In this document: positions 11,941 to 25,500 of the stretch, one piece after another | How the letters are laid out: every line of letters begins with the position of its first letter | How positions within the stretch are numbered: position 1 is the first letter of the stretch | Assembly: GCF_046119375.1 (NCBI RefSeq) | Contig: NW_027362768.1 | Location: forward strand, 163,804,001 to 163,868,000 | Direction: 5' to 3' | DNA: 64,000 nucleotides | Origin: Phyllobates terribilis | Taxonomy: Eukaryota | Program-made: the position numbers and the translations under genes | Notes under the pieces: model-generated | What the model saw: the letters and a program-made list of their open reading frames with translations, nothing else | What the model was told of the DNA's origin: nothing | The model's database searches: none

Positions 11941-14699
11941 GATAATTTCCTAAATTACTACGCTATCACTGTGAAATCTGTTCTCTGCTGCACCAATGAC
12001 CGAGAAAACCCTGCGACCTCTGCAGACGTCACTTTGTAGCAAGAAAGTATCTAGAATCTGTGATAAAGGGCGGCAGCGTCCGGGGACAGCCGGGGGACAA
12101 CATTTCCAGGTACAGGCGACTTCCTGGTCCCGCCCCGCCTCGTGTCATAGTCCCGGCTGAGCAGGTTGGGGAGGACAGACATCCCCTCCAGCCCCTGGGG
12201 ACGGCGTGGGATGCCGTGCACAGACAAGTCCGGATATCAGGTCTGGTCTCCAACGTGAAAATGTAAAGCCAATAATTACAGCAAGAGTAGAAACCTCCCT
12301 GACTTAATCCTCCCTCCTCCCAGTATTGCAGGGGGATCTCCCAAAATGCAACAATGGCCAATATTATGGGATTGTATATCGAGCAATTTCCTGATATCAT
12401 GTGACGCTGCTCTGAGTCCAGGGACCCATCACTGTGGTGCAGAAAACGTTCCCTTTAGGCCGGGATCAGACGTGGCGTGGATTTTCCATATATAAAATCC
12501 TCAGCATTTTACAGCAGATTGGATGAGCTTTAACGTCCTCTCCTTCTCGTGCTGCATTTTGCTTTTTTGTGCAGAATTCTCACAGTAGATTTTATTGCGT
12601 GGTGTTTTTTATTTTTAATCTGCAGCATCTCAAATTTTGTCATTTTTTCCTATTCAGTTCAATGGGGAGTACAAATTTGCAGGTTAAAACAAGTTTCAAT
12701 ATTGGGTGCGTTTTCACAACAAAAAGCGCACAAAAGTGAGCAAGTGCAAAATATGTATTTCATTTTAGAAATGCTCATGTAAAATCCGCCCCAAATGCGC
12801 AACATGTGGACTTATCCTTAAAGGGATTCTCCTTTTATTCCACATCGGGAGTGGATGATAACAGGACGCATTACTTCTTACAGACGCCGATTGATACATC
12901 AGCCTCACCTCCAGTACGGAAGCGATCGGCAAAGGACAAACCCTGTTCACACCTGGTGAATTGGCTGCGGCTTCGCAGTGCAGATTCCACTGCTGCATTT
13001 TGCCAAAACTTTGTGCAAACCCTGAGTTGTGAGAAGTGTTCGGCCAAGAAAGGTGCAAGTAAGAATGGTCTCCCTCAATGAGGCCTTCACACAGGAGTAT
13101 GTCGGCTGCAGGACTTCTCATGTGATCGTGCTCGGCCGCCCGTACAGTCCGGTGTCATCCCATATCCTGTTTCTCAGCGGCTGTGTCCCCGTGTGACCCC
13201 GGCCTTGTCTCTGTTCATTTGGGATGATTGGCGTCCCGCTGGCCTGTGGTTCTCTGCGGTGTCTCATCCATGCGATGGCTGCTTGTCACAGATCGGGGGA
13301 CGTTCACATCACCTCACCCCACACTTACTCCGCTCACTTACTCACACATGAGGAGACCAAGAAGCTTGGGGGCTAGTGTGGATATAAGGGCGCCCTCTGT
13401 ATGGCTGGTAATTTGGGGTGCTTCCAATGTTGCAGGTTACTAAGGGTGTATTAGCACTCATAATAATGATTTTTCAGCTCCTGAACGATTGGTAAAAATG
13501 ACAATAAATGGGCTGACCTACAATTACAAGGTTCCCATGGGCAAGCACCTAACAGCGCCTGTCACCCTGTCCGTGTTTCATCCAAAAATGGATGAAAATC
13601 ACTATTTTTTTTTTTGCATATGATAAAAAACGGACGTGTAGATTCAGTTTTTAAAGGTTCAGGATCATATCTTAAGGAGCGCGCCGCACCGCTGCCTCCC
13701 TGTGGAGCGCGACGCTCTGCTGCCTCCTATAATCTTTCTGTACTTGCTATAAACCTGCCAACTGTACTGTCTACAAACTGCATCAATGAGTCAGTCTGGA
13801 AAAGCAGAGCTGCAGTGTAAAGAATGTGAGTACAACAAAGTAATAGCCATCCTCAAGTAGAAGTTGAAACTTTCTTTCAAACCTAAATTCTTAGCTTTAA
13901 CTATGATCAGTGTAATTTTTGCAGAAGTTGGGAGGAACGCAGAAAGCGGGGTGAAATCAGAAACGGAGGTGCTCACAAGTCTTGGTATCTTGTGGGGGAG
14001 GGGGTTCGGCTGACACATCTTATGTCTCATGCATCAACCTTACTCTACAGAGGCATTAAAGGGAATTACTTCTCAGACACTTTTTTGGCCTGTAATGGTT
14101 AATTTGGCCACGTGTGTTCTATTGAGTGATGTCATTATTGTCTTAAGTCTAAAGACCGGCTAGTCTGCCTCTAGGGAGGATGCATGATATCCTGAGCTCA
14201 AATATCAGCTGTCTATCCCTTAGCTCTACATTTTTTTTTTTTTTTTTATTGATGGACGATTGATAGTTGGTTGATGGATGGTCGGCCATCAAGTCTGTTT
14301 TGACTCCTGGTGACCGTGCGACCAGATGTTCCTCTAGAATGTCCGGTCTGTCTTTTCCGTTTCCCCCCTTTTTAACATCCAGTTTAATGACCATCTTTAG
14401 GATTACTTCAGACAATACACTGCCTTTATAAATGCAGCTAAGATGAGAAACACTGGTGAGGACCTTGGAGGGGTATGGGGACACCTTCTTAATAAGGTGT
14501 CACGATACTCCTAGATAAGTGAAGCGGCAAGTGCTGATTCTGGGGGCGCTGTGACGGGTTCATTAGGTTGGAGGTGAAACCTAATTTTGCATGTCTGGAC
14601 ATTTAGTAAGCATGTCATCACCCTGATTTTTTTTTTTTTCCCATGTATTGAACCACTAAACTAATTTGTGTTTTCTCTAGGTTGTGAATAGACGTGAAG

Positions 14700-17600
14700 A
14701 TGGAGGTACTCGCAGAATGGGGACAGCGCTATCAAGAATTCATGAAGGGAGCAGGTACGCTACACGGCGCAGCACCATGAGGCCCTAAGGGTCTTGGTTT
14801 TGGAAAGCTGGATGATCATTATGGCCGCCATTATACCTCCTCGATGGCAGGTCTGCCTAGTCGTGCAGCGTGCATTACTACGGTTCCTGCTGCATAACTA
14901 GACCCAGCTTTTCTTGGTTCCCGAGCAGCCAATTTTTGGAGGCAGAGCCGTCCTGAAAATATTTTTCGCCTCGTCTGCGCTCTGTTACTATTTTGAAGTG
15001 ATGTGTGCAGAGGAGATGCAAATCCCATGAAACTATGTGGATACAGAATTATACAAATGATGTGATCTTGGCACCGATCGCCAGTCCGCTCGGCTGAGTC
15101 TCTCCCCAGATTGTCAGCGAAACGCATGGTTATTACGATAATCCTCCCTGCATCTCTAATTATGGCTCTTCTCGTAGACCGGCATAGATGTCAGGAGAGC
15201 CAGTAATTACCTCTTCCACATTTGTCTTAATATATTCCAGTATCACTACACTGCAGTTCAGTGCTTTATTCTGCAATTTAACCCTTCATGCATCATCAGT
15301 AATCATCTTGTCTTTCCTCAGACCCCAGAATAGGACATTACCCCCTCATGCACTCCCCGTTCTTGCCTGGGGCCATCCTGCTGGGCTATGTCTATTTCGT
15401 CTTGTCTCTGGGGCCTAGATTAATGGCTAATCGGAAGCCCTTCGACCTCAAGCCATTGATGGTGGTCTATAATTTCAGTCTGGTCGCCCTGTCTGCTTAT
15501 ATTGTATACGAGGTGAGTTGGGCCAGGTGCGTTAGGAGTGGAGGTTGCGACGATCCGGGTGGGTTAGGAGTGGAGGTTGCGACGATCCGGGTGGGTTAGG
15601 AGTGGAGGTTGCGACGATCCGGGTGGGCCTCAGAATAGTTCTGCATTTTTCTATTTTACTTGCTGTTGGTGAATAGAAACATTCAGGACTGTAGAAATTG
15701 TTTTCCAGGGTTGCAAACCCTCACCAATGGCTTTTTGGCTATCAGCAGTATTCCATTCACTAACAGCAAGCAGTGGGATGGAGAACTGTAAAAGTTGCAG
15801 AAGTCGCCATTACATAAAGATTAAACCCTGGGTTTGGTCTGTGGCAGAGATTAGATCTCTCCACCAGGAAAATGATAATTTATTACAGAGGATTTGACAC
15901 AATGCCGACCTCGTCATTATTAAGATAAAATTTACAGCTGCCATAAAGTGATAACTGTGCCCAGCTTGAAACAGTCCTTGGCATTCATATATCTCTGCTG
16001 TCTGTCTTTGGCGCAGTTCCTCATGTCGGGCTGGTTGACCGGATACACCTGGCGTTGCGACCCCGTGGACACCTCTGATTCACCAATGGCTCTAAGGGTG
16101 AGTGAGTCGTGTGTGCGTTGCCTGGCACAGTGCCAGCTATTGATGATCTGTGGGTGAGAGCTACAGAAAATCCATAATCACGTGGTGACCCTAATTACGC
16201 CCTCACCCTCCTGCAGAGACGGTACCACTTGCCGCCACCTGCTGAACTTTGCACTATAAACACAGGGAGATGTTTACCCTTATCACCCGTTATCTCCAAC
16301 CATAGTAACCAGTACCAGGACACCCCACGCCCGGGCTCCGAAGGAACCATAAATCACTTACACTGTAAATAATGAAGGGACAATTGCTGCACAAAACTTG
16401 GTATCGATTTGCAGCATTTCGTTGGTCTAAGTTGTGTGACGTCAGCCATTAGTTACCGCTACTACATCCACACCCCTCCCCCTCCCCCCAATGTTTTCTT
16501 CAACTTCTTGAGGATCATCACCAAGATCTCCTAAGGGGCGCGTGACATTGTTCGGTATAATGGCCGCTATCGACACTTTCCGGCTGCCATGTTTTATGAA
16601 AGATGGTGTCTGGTATAGACAGATGTCACATCCGTTTGGAGGATAAAGCTTTTTTTTTTTTCTTATCTTCTAGTCTAAAAAAAAAAATGTACAAAATGTA
16701 GAGCTTAAAATGTTATTTGAATTTAAGGGCAACTGCCTAAGTGGAGTAAGGTAGACCATCAGCTCTTCTACAGCCACTCCACCTCAATAAGGTGTCTGTG
16801 CACATGAGGGTGCCCTCAATAAGGTGTCCGTGCACATGAGGGTGCCCTCAATAAGGTGTCCGTGCACATGAGGGTGCCCTCAATAAGGTGTCCGTGCACA
16901 TGAGGGTGCCCTCAATAAGGTGTCCGTGCACATGAGGGTGCCCTCAATAAGGGTGTCCGTGCACATGAGGGTGCCCTCAATAAGGGTGTCCGTGCACATG
17001 AGGGTGCCCTCAATAAGGGTGTCCGTGCACATGAGGGTGCCCTCAATAAGGTGTCCGTGCACATGAGGGTGCCCTCAATAAGGGTGTCCGTGCACATGAG
17101 GGTGCCCTCAATAAGGGTGTCCGTGCACATGAGGGTGCCCTCAATAAGGGTGTCCGTGCACATGAGGGTGCCCTCAATAAGGGTGTCTGTGCACATGCTG
17201 TCGTTCCGCTGACTGATGTCTGTCCTGAGTGTTTTTACATCAGTCCTTGCAAGCTTCAACAAAGTGGGCAGAGCTGGACGGAACGTGGCAAAATCTACTC
17301 ATCAAATTCATCATAACTTGCTCCACTATTGTGATACAACTTATGTCGGGAATGTACGCTAGACCCCAGCTGGAGTAACATTTCTGGCCAGAAACATGTC
17401 AGCTGTAAGAGGCGCCAAATTCATTAAGAGGCGATTGACTCTTCATAACTTTTGCTTGTGTTACTTCAGTGCATCTTTCACTAAGACTGGAGTTCAAAAC
17501 GTTGGTCTTTATAATGAGGAATTTATAGCGGACATACTTGGGCGTCAATTCATTGCATTTTCAGTCTTAAAATGAAGACTTGAATAGTCTCAGCCAGACG

Positions 17601-19143
17601 GGTTACTATCGGCTGACAGCCCCATTTAAAATGATAGTAATTGCTAGGGGCAGCCTGTAACAATCAGACTGTTGGGTACGACTGACTGCGTTTATGACGT
17701 GAGGTTAATCTTTTTTTTTTTTTTTTTTTTTTTTCTTCTCTTTAGATGGTCCGGGTAGCTTGGCTCTTTCTCTTCTCCAAGTTTATTGAACTGCTTGATA
17801 CGGTAAGTACCACAGTACATCAGATACAAAATGTGTCCTAGTAGAGTCTCCTAAAGAGACACGAGACTCCTTTTTGTTCCTTGGTATGAAACTAGGAGGA
17901 CATAATTACAATAATGACAGCCTGTCTGGGTATGCGGTGACTGGTGGCTACAGGGGAGGGCTGGCGGCAGCATAGGGGAGGGAGGGTAGGTACTGTAGCA
18001 GCGGGCTGGCGGCAGCGTAGGGGAGGGCTGGCGGCAGCGTAGGGGAGGGCCACAGCTTGCAGGTCCCCTGCGTTTGGAATATTAATGATGGGATTGGTGG
18101 TTGTGTTACAAGTTGTAGAACTATAATAGATGTTTGTGTTGGACGGATACAGGCATTTTCCCTGGTCTATCACTCTTATCCTGGAATCTGCTCCTCACAT
18201 ATTGTCCTTTATAGGGAGGCATTGGGTTAAGGAGAAATGTGATAGTGAGTTCTTACACTGCAGATTTCGGTTCAGAAATTTCTGTGACTGAAAATCTGTT
18301 CCATTTATGTGGGGAGGGAGGGGTTGTCCTGAATGGCACAAATTTTTAAGAACTATTTTGCATCAAATACGCAGCTTATGAATTTAGCCCTGACCACGGC
18401 AGACATTGCTTTTCTGTTTTGGTTCCACATTGATTAGTTTGCGCCTCTTGTCTCCTTTTTGTGCCGCAGGTTTTCTTTGTTGTGAGGAAGAAGAACAGTC
18501 AGATCACATTCCTGCACATCTTCCATCACTCCGTCCTGCCTTGCAGCTGGTGGTGGGGGGTAAAGTTCGGTCCCGGTAAGGACGTCCATCTCAATCTTGA
18601 CGTTATGGATCAATCTTTGATTTTTGTCTGACTGATCCCTTTTTCACCAGGTGGTATGGGATCCTTCCATGCCATGATCAACTCTCTGGTCCACGTCATC
18701 ATGTATTTCTACTACGGGCTGTCTGCTGCCGGACCGCGCTTCCAGAAGTTTCTGTGGTGGAAGAAACACATGACCGCCATTCAGTTGGTAAGAGCGTCGA
18801 TATAAATATTGGATGGTATAACCACGACGTCAATCTATCATGTCTCATAGTTAGAAACGTACAAGTCACCCGCTTCTGTCTTGTCTCCCAGCTCCAGTTC
18901 GTTTTGGTCTCCATCCACATTACTCAGTATTACTTCATGTCCTCCTGCGACTACCAGTTCCCCATCTTCATCCACCTCATCTGGATCTACGGCACCGTCT
19001 TCTTCATCCTGTTCTCTAATTTCTGGTACCAGGCCTACACCAAAGGACGACGTCTCCCTAAAAGCAGCGGCAGCAGCGTCTCCTCCAACGGAGCTGTGCA
19101 CCACAACGGCAAGTCCAAGAATGGCAAAGCCAAGGAAAACTAA
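14700..19143 (+). CDS. ELOVL1: Very-long-chain fatty acid elongase 1; join(14700-14754,15322-15512,16017-16097,17746-17802,18470-18575,18651-18787,18892-19143), 879 nt, 292 aa
   Basis: All introns are GT-AG and phases are consistent. Translation [28 protein letters not shown]...[17 protein letters not shown]...[18 protein letters not shown]...[19 protein letters not shown]...HIFHH (HxxHH catalytic motif)...[11 protein letters not shown]...[16 protein letters not shown]...KAKEN* (KxKxx ER-retrieval signal). Closely resembles recalled human ELOVL1, and the position next to CDC20 fits. Confidence 0.97.
15531..15626. repeat. 32-bp G-rich tandem repeat, 3 copies (GTTAGGAGTGGAGGTTGCGACGATCCGGGTGG)
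   Basis: Three identical copies starting 18 nt after the ELOVL1 donor at 15513. Confidence 0.95.
16783..17197. repeat. 32/33-bp minisatellite (CTCAATAAG(G)GTGTCCGTGCACATGAGGGTGCC), about 13 copies
   Basis: Near-identical head-to-tail units in the ELOVL1 intron 16098-17745. Confidence 0.97.
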
Positions 19144-20276
19144 ACCTCCTCCACAAGACCGAATTCTGAGATCTCCCGAAACCTGTTCCAGGTGGAATTG
19201 TGGGAAAATTATGTCGCCATTTTTTTTTTTTCTAATTATTTTTCTTAAAACCGAGAAACCCAGCTTTGTGATGGCCAGAATAAACTGCCAAACTGGTTTC
19301 CAACTTCATCTGGGGGCTTACACCAGCCAAAAAACAAAACAAAACAAAGTGCCTAAAGAGACTGTTTGTATGAAGTGAGTGTGTCTGACTCCCTCCATCC
19401 ACCCCATCATCCAGCGTGTCAGCGAGCTCCCTGTCCTCCAGCATCCAGCTGCTCTCCACAGAGTGTATGAAAGCAAAAAAAAAAAAAAACGGCCGGCTCG
19501 TTCCAAAAATTCCCCCTCTTGTCTTTCTTCCCTCTGTACTGTAGTCCCGCAACGATCTCCAAGAATCTGGATTCCTTTGCATCACATTCCAGTAAATCTC
19601 CTCACTAAGGGGGTGCAGGTCAGGGGGGGGGGCAGCTCCTTAACTCGTCTCCCAACCTCACCCCCATATATATTTTTATTTTTGCACTGGGTTTTATTGT
19701 TCACAGACCTCTGTACCCAGCTCGCTATAGGTGCAGGAATCCTGAAATACTTGAATATCGGGACGTTGGTGTCTTTTTAGCTTTCTAGGTCATTTTTTTT
19801 GTTTGAAGGAGATGACAGTATTTGTGTGCATTTTTCTTTTTGTATTTTTTTAGGCAGAATTTATAGTAATTTGCCTGATGAGGAGAAGGGGTGTTGTCTG
19901 CTCTTTCACTTGCCTAGTTCACACCCTCTACCCCTTAATTCACCCCTATGTCCCGTCCATACTGTTCTATCCCGACGCCTTTCACTGATTTCTAAATATA
20001 TATACATGATAAACCTGTAATACTGTTGTCTCCTCCTCGGGGGGCTGCTTGTAACTAGCAGGAGCCCTTTAGCAGCTGGTTCACTATAATCACTTTTGTA
20101 TATTAAGAAAAATTCTGCAGGCCCACCTTATAGAAATTAGAAGGGGGGAGGACTAGCACCCTACTGAACATTGTGATGCTGGTGGCCTGGGCGGCAGAGT
20201 CTGCGCCGGGCTGGGAACTCCTCATAACTTATCCGCACGTCTGCCAGAATATTTATCAGTTTTGTGTAATGCTATT

Positions 20277-20282
20277 AATAAA
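20277..20282 (+). terminator. Probable ELOVL1 polyadenylation signal (AATAAA), giving a 3' UTR of about 1.15 kb
   Basis: AATAAA about 1.13 kb after the stop codon, followed by T/GT-rich sequence; other signals not excluded. Confidence 0.6.
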
Positions 20283-22579
20283 AGACTTATTGCACATTGT
20301 TTAATTCCAAAGCTAAAGCTCGTGTAGATATTACTGTATATGTGGTGGATGCTCTCGGGCGGTTATATACTACGCAGAGAATAAGGCAAATTTTTTTTTT
20401 TTTTTTTTGACCCTTGGACGGAAGAATCATGGCACTCCGTCTGATTTATACAACCTCCATGGTGCCAGAGCAGAAGGGTGCGTACAAAGCCTTAAAGGAA
20501 AAAGTAGTAAAAAAATATAAACAACAAATGCTTGATACATGTATGAACTCGTCCGGAACGGTTCCGAGGTTATAGGCGAATGGACTGTAACCTGCAGTTT
20601 TCCCGCTGTCGTTAAACTGCAGGGAATTGTAGTTGCACAAACGATTAGGAGCCGCAGATTGCAGACCACTCGCCTAAGTCCTGTATATTTGTTTGATCGG
20701 CTTACTACTGTCGGTGCACATAGCCAATGCTCCTTTTCTGAAGGGGGTAGCACAGCTGTAGCAGAGACGGTAAGCCGGGGACTTCCTGTTGGCTGTGACG
20801 TGGCCATAACTGCTTGCACTGATCGTATTTCTCCCGCCATAAGGAAAACTTGTCCCATCCTGTATATACCCTTCGAAACTTTGAGAGGTAACAAAATAAA
20901 GTTGTTGTTTTTTTTTTCCTTCCGGAGACTGGTATTTTGTCTTTGAAATATTTTCTGTACAATTAGATATTTTTTCAAATTGCAAGTTTAGAATTTATTG
21001 AATTGCTGCACGATGGTGGGAAGGAAATGGGGAGATTTTATTGACGAGAACCTGTCATGTCCTTTTTTGCTATTATGTTTATCTTACTGCTTCATATCCT
21101 ATGTGCGCATGCTGCCGAGAGTCAGCGCGGCAAGTGGGAAGACAGGCGCGCGTAGCATGCTCGCTCACAAAGTCATGTGGGCGCTGACTCTCATCGGCTC
21201 CCGAGCATAGGATAAGAAGCTGGGACATACACCGCGATTTAGTGCGTATGCCTGCAAAGCTGAGCGTCATTGCGCAAGTGCGGGATCTGCTGGGAAATAG
21301 TGGTGGTGGGAAGGAATTATAATACAACGGGCGGAGAACTTTAAAAGGCATTTTACTGACCGTGACTAAAACAGAAGGTATGTGGGGCAATCAAGGTATA
21401 AAAAGTGATTTTTGCGCTGAATAGTGGGACGTTTTGCTTGAGATGCACATTGCGTCACTAACATGACATTGGGGACAAGTTCCCTTTAAGTCCCCGATTG
21501 TTATTAGCCACAAAACCTTCACTGAATGTAACACTATAGGATGTATTCTAGGACAAGAGGGCAAATCCCCTAATTCGGAAAGGTTCCCCATGTGTTTCAA
21601 CTGGATATCTGTGTCCGATTTTATCATAGAGATGTATACATCACTTATCCTGTATAATGCCACAGAGCTGCACTCACTATTCTGCTGGTGGAGATAATGT
21701 GCAGCCCTATGTAAAAGTACAAGCCAGATAATAGCAGTCTAGGTACTTCACTTTACTTTGCAACATAATGTAGAGAGAGAGACCCTGAATAAGATGATGT
21801 CACTTACTAGGCTGCTTGCTGTAGTTTTGATAACATGGCAATTTTATCAGCAACTAATCTCTAGAGGACTAGTAAACCTGCTGCCAGGTAGTCCTCCATA
21901 TTCATGATCTCTGTATAACCTTGACCCACCAGTGAGTAGCAGTTTTCTGCCTATGCATAGTGTACACAGAAAGCTGTTAATCAGTGATGTGGGCAGGGTT
22001 ATATACAGAGCGCAGCAGTAGGTAACATTGGCTTTATCAAAACTGCTGTAAGTGATACATCACTGGAATCAGGGTCTCTGACCCTACATCATACAAAAAC
22101 CTGCTGATAATTCTCTGTATACGTGTGCACTGTCTCAAAATCAAAATACCCCCAACTTTTTAAACATTAGGTTATATACATGCTGTCAGTTGTTTTTGAG
22201 CAATTCACATTGAAAAACAAAGTGGTTTCAGTACAAAATGCCACTTTTACTGATTGACTTATTCACCCCTTCATTACAAGCCTCTTTACCATGGAATAGA
22301 ACCCATCGCAACCTGCTGCAAATGTGATCCTCATGGGCAAGGCTCTCTAGGTCTTGAATATTTCTGGGTTAAGAGTTACAAATGCGAGAAAGGAACTGTT
22401 TCCATCTGAAGGAACTTGGGACCAATGTTATAGGAACACTGGCTATGTTACCTGGATGTGGCAGAAAGAGGGCGCAGATGGTTAAAGGAGGAAAAAACCT
22501 GCCCAAAAACTTGGTTACAACAGGTGCTGAGGTTTGTTTACTGTAATGTGTATATTGAATGTCTCCATGGCCAAACTTT

Positions 22580-25500
22580 TTTTTTAAACAATGTGTTTAT
22601 TGAATTTTGCACAAAAATCAGAACATACAATCTATAGGGCCAACAGATGCCCAAAACTGTGCCCCAACCTCTGGGCTTACAAAATGAACAGTATAAAAAT
22701 TAAAATAAAATAAAAGGAAAATACATATACATAAAAGAAAACTAAAGAAAAAAAGAATGGATTAATTACATTAAATTCCCCATATATTAGATGATTGTGA
22801 GAAATAATTTAGATCCGTAAGTGCTGGGAATGTCGCATGCTTCATATTTTGCTCTATTGCAAGATCGGAGGTGCAAGGTAGGGAGAGGGGCCCAGAATCG
22901 TCCCGCGCGTCACCCAAACTCAGAACGGCGCACAAAATATCCTACTTCCTCAACGTTCCCCATGTATAGACAATGGGCTGCTTAACCAAGGTTCCCATAT
23001 TTTCTCAGTTTTCTTCTTTGCCTTGAGTGTGTGGGCCAGAGCCCTTTCATATTGACAGTTCGTGTTTAGTCTGGTCACTATCTCCCCCACCGTAGGGATG
23101 CCCACTCCTTTCCATTTAGCCCCGATAGCTGATCTAACTGCGATCAGAATATGTGTCAAAATTCCTCTAATTTCCCAGGGGACATCCATTAATCCTATAT
23201 GAAGTATTCCCATACTAGGTGTCATCTCCAGGTGAGTCCCCAGTACATCCCATATCAAACTATCCAATGCCCCCCATAGTGATTGAAGTTTTGGACAAAA
23301 CCACCACGTGGCCCAACGAGCCTTCCCCATTGCATCCTCTCCAACATAAATGATGATTCAGACCCGAAGTGTACCATCTGTGCCAGGTAGTAGTACCATC
23401 TCATGTGCGTCTTTTTAAGCTGCTCTAGGTGGTTTAAACACGACGAAACTCGCTGGACCTCATCCAAACCATCCCGCCAGTCCTGAGCCTCCGTCGAAAT
23501 TCTTAGATCCCGTTCCCAACGAGTCATATACGTCAATTTATCGTCCATATCTGGGTCGTTTAGAGCCCTATAAAGTATAGAAACCCCCTTAGAACCGGTC
23601 TTAGAGTGGAGAAAGTAACCCATAGCTCTTTTATCCTTAGGTAGAATAAAAAAAACAGGGATGTCTGTGTAGAGTGAAGTAAATGCCTTATTTGCAAATA
23701 CTGGTAAAACAAGGGCCGTAGGTCTGGGAATCTCATAACTAGTTTATCAAAAGGAATTATTCCATTGACCTCCAACAGGTCTGCTAGCGAATGAACTCCA
23801 GCTGACACCCAACGTTGAAGGTTAATATATGGAATATGATATTCTAGAGCTCGTAAAGAGATCTCAGTCCTGGGGAGTAACAGCAGTTTGCATGCCAAAT
23901 TCCTCCAACTGCATAGTAGCCTCCGATGTTGGTAACACGGCAACCATAGTGCTTCGCTTCACTACTTCTGTCTCCAATATCAATCTGGTAGAATGGTTTC
24001 GGGCAAGTAAGGACTCTATTTGCAACCACTTGTGGCCGCTGTCCATGTTCCACCAGTCCCTGATTCCCGTCAAGACCGCCGCTCTATAGTAGGCTATGAG
24101 ATTGGGCATGCCCATCCCTCCCATGTCATATGGATAATACAGAAGTCTACCAGACACCCTCGGTCTCCTATTGTCCCAAATGTAATTATTAGCCAGTCTT
24201 TGAAGGGTATTTATGATTTTAGAAGGGATTTTAATTGAGATACACCTAAAATAGTATAACATTTTTGGAAGGACCTTCATTTTAAAAATATTAATCCTGG
24301 CTATCCACGATGCAACAACGTTTTGTAATACCGCCAGCTCCTCCCGCACCGTATTTATCAGTCTAGTAAAATTTACTTCCACCAATTGTTTTGAAAGGGT
24401 TAAGGTGATACCCAAATACGTCATTCCTTCCTGCGCTCACTGAAAAGGGTATGCCCCTTCCAGTCTTTGCCTAAGTGACAACGGAACAAAAATCGGCAGG
24501 ACAACCGTCTTAGCTGCATTCAGTTTATAATACGAGATGTTTGTAAACGTTTTGAGATCGGACATAATGGCAGAGAAGGACCTGTCCAGATCAGTGCACG
24601 GGATAACCACATCGTCTGCATAAAGACCGATTTTGTGGGAGGACCCCCCCCCCCACCGAGATGCCCGAAATCTCATAAGTCTGACCATGGGGGTCCCGTG
24701 AGATTTTCAAATCTCGCTGTCACTCAGCAAGATTTCTCACAGTCCAGAGGATCACCAACCAGACGGCTTCCGCCGAACAACAAGAACAAAGGGAAAAAAA
24801 AAGGTCAGCAATCCTCTAACAGCTCCATCTCAGCCAGGATAGTGTCCTCGCCTCTCTTTCAGGTCGATACCCATTCCTGCGCAATTTTCTTGCCCTTAGC
24901 AGGTTGTCTAGGAGCATAGGCAATCTTCCAGGAAACCAATTTCTCTTCCGCTTGTTTAGGGGTAAAACACGCTACCACGCCACTGTCACGGAGTATTAGT
25001 AGTTTTACTGGGTTGAATCCCCATCTATACCGTATGCCGGCCTCTCTCAATGCCCTGCACACATGGGCAAATTCTCTTCTCTTTGCCAGGGTAGCAGCAG
25101 AAAGATCTGGAAAGACCTGCAGATTTTGAAATTCCTCAGGCAGCCTGGGGGGTTTTCCTTAGTTGGTATAGGAACATGTCCTTCGTAGTGAAGAAATGAA
25201 TGCGTGCCAAGGTATCTCTAGGCAGGGTAGGATCTACGTGTCTGGGCTTCGGAGTTCTGTGAATCCTGTCCACCATTAATTCATTAGGGGCAACCTCAGG
25301 TAATACAGCCACCAGGAAGCGTTGCATGAACTCAGTGATCCTTATCTGGCACTTCTTCAGGGATTCCCCTAAGCCTCACATTGTTACGTCTGGATCTATC
25401 TTCTAAGTAATAAACTTTATCAGTGACTCGAGACATCTCTTCCCTGAGTGCCTCATTTTCTTCTACCAAGGCATTGATCGTTCTGGCATATTCTTCCATC

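Noticed and set aside
10511-12039. Long Arg/Gly/Ala-rich ORFs on both strands
   Set aside because: Artefacts of a stop-poor GC-rich minisatellite whose unit length is not a fixed multiple of three.
15531-15626. Interstitial telomere-like GGGTTAGG
   Set aside because: Only one partial TTAGG per 32-bp unit; not a (TTAGGG)n array.
16783-17197. CRISPR-like array of 32-33-bp hairpin repeats
   Set aside because: Units are contiguous with no unique spacers, there are no cas genes, and the context is a eukaryotic intron.
20427-20985. 183-aa minus-strand ORF downstream of ELOVL1
   Set aside because: No motif, no convincing splice sites, and it begins in low-complexity A-rich sequence.
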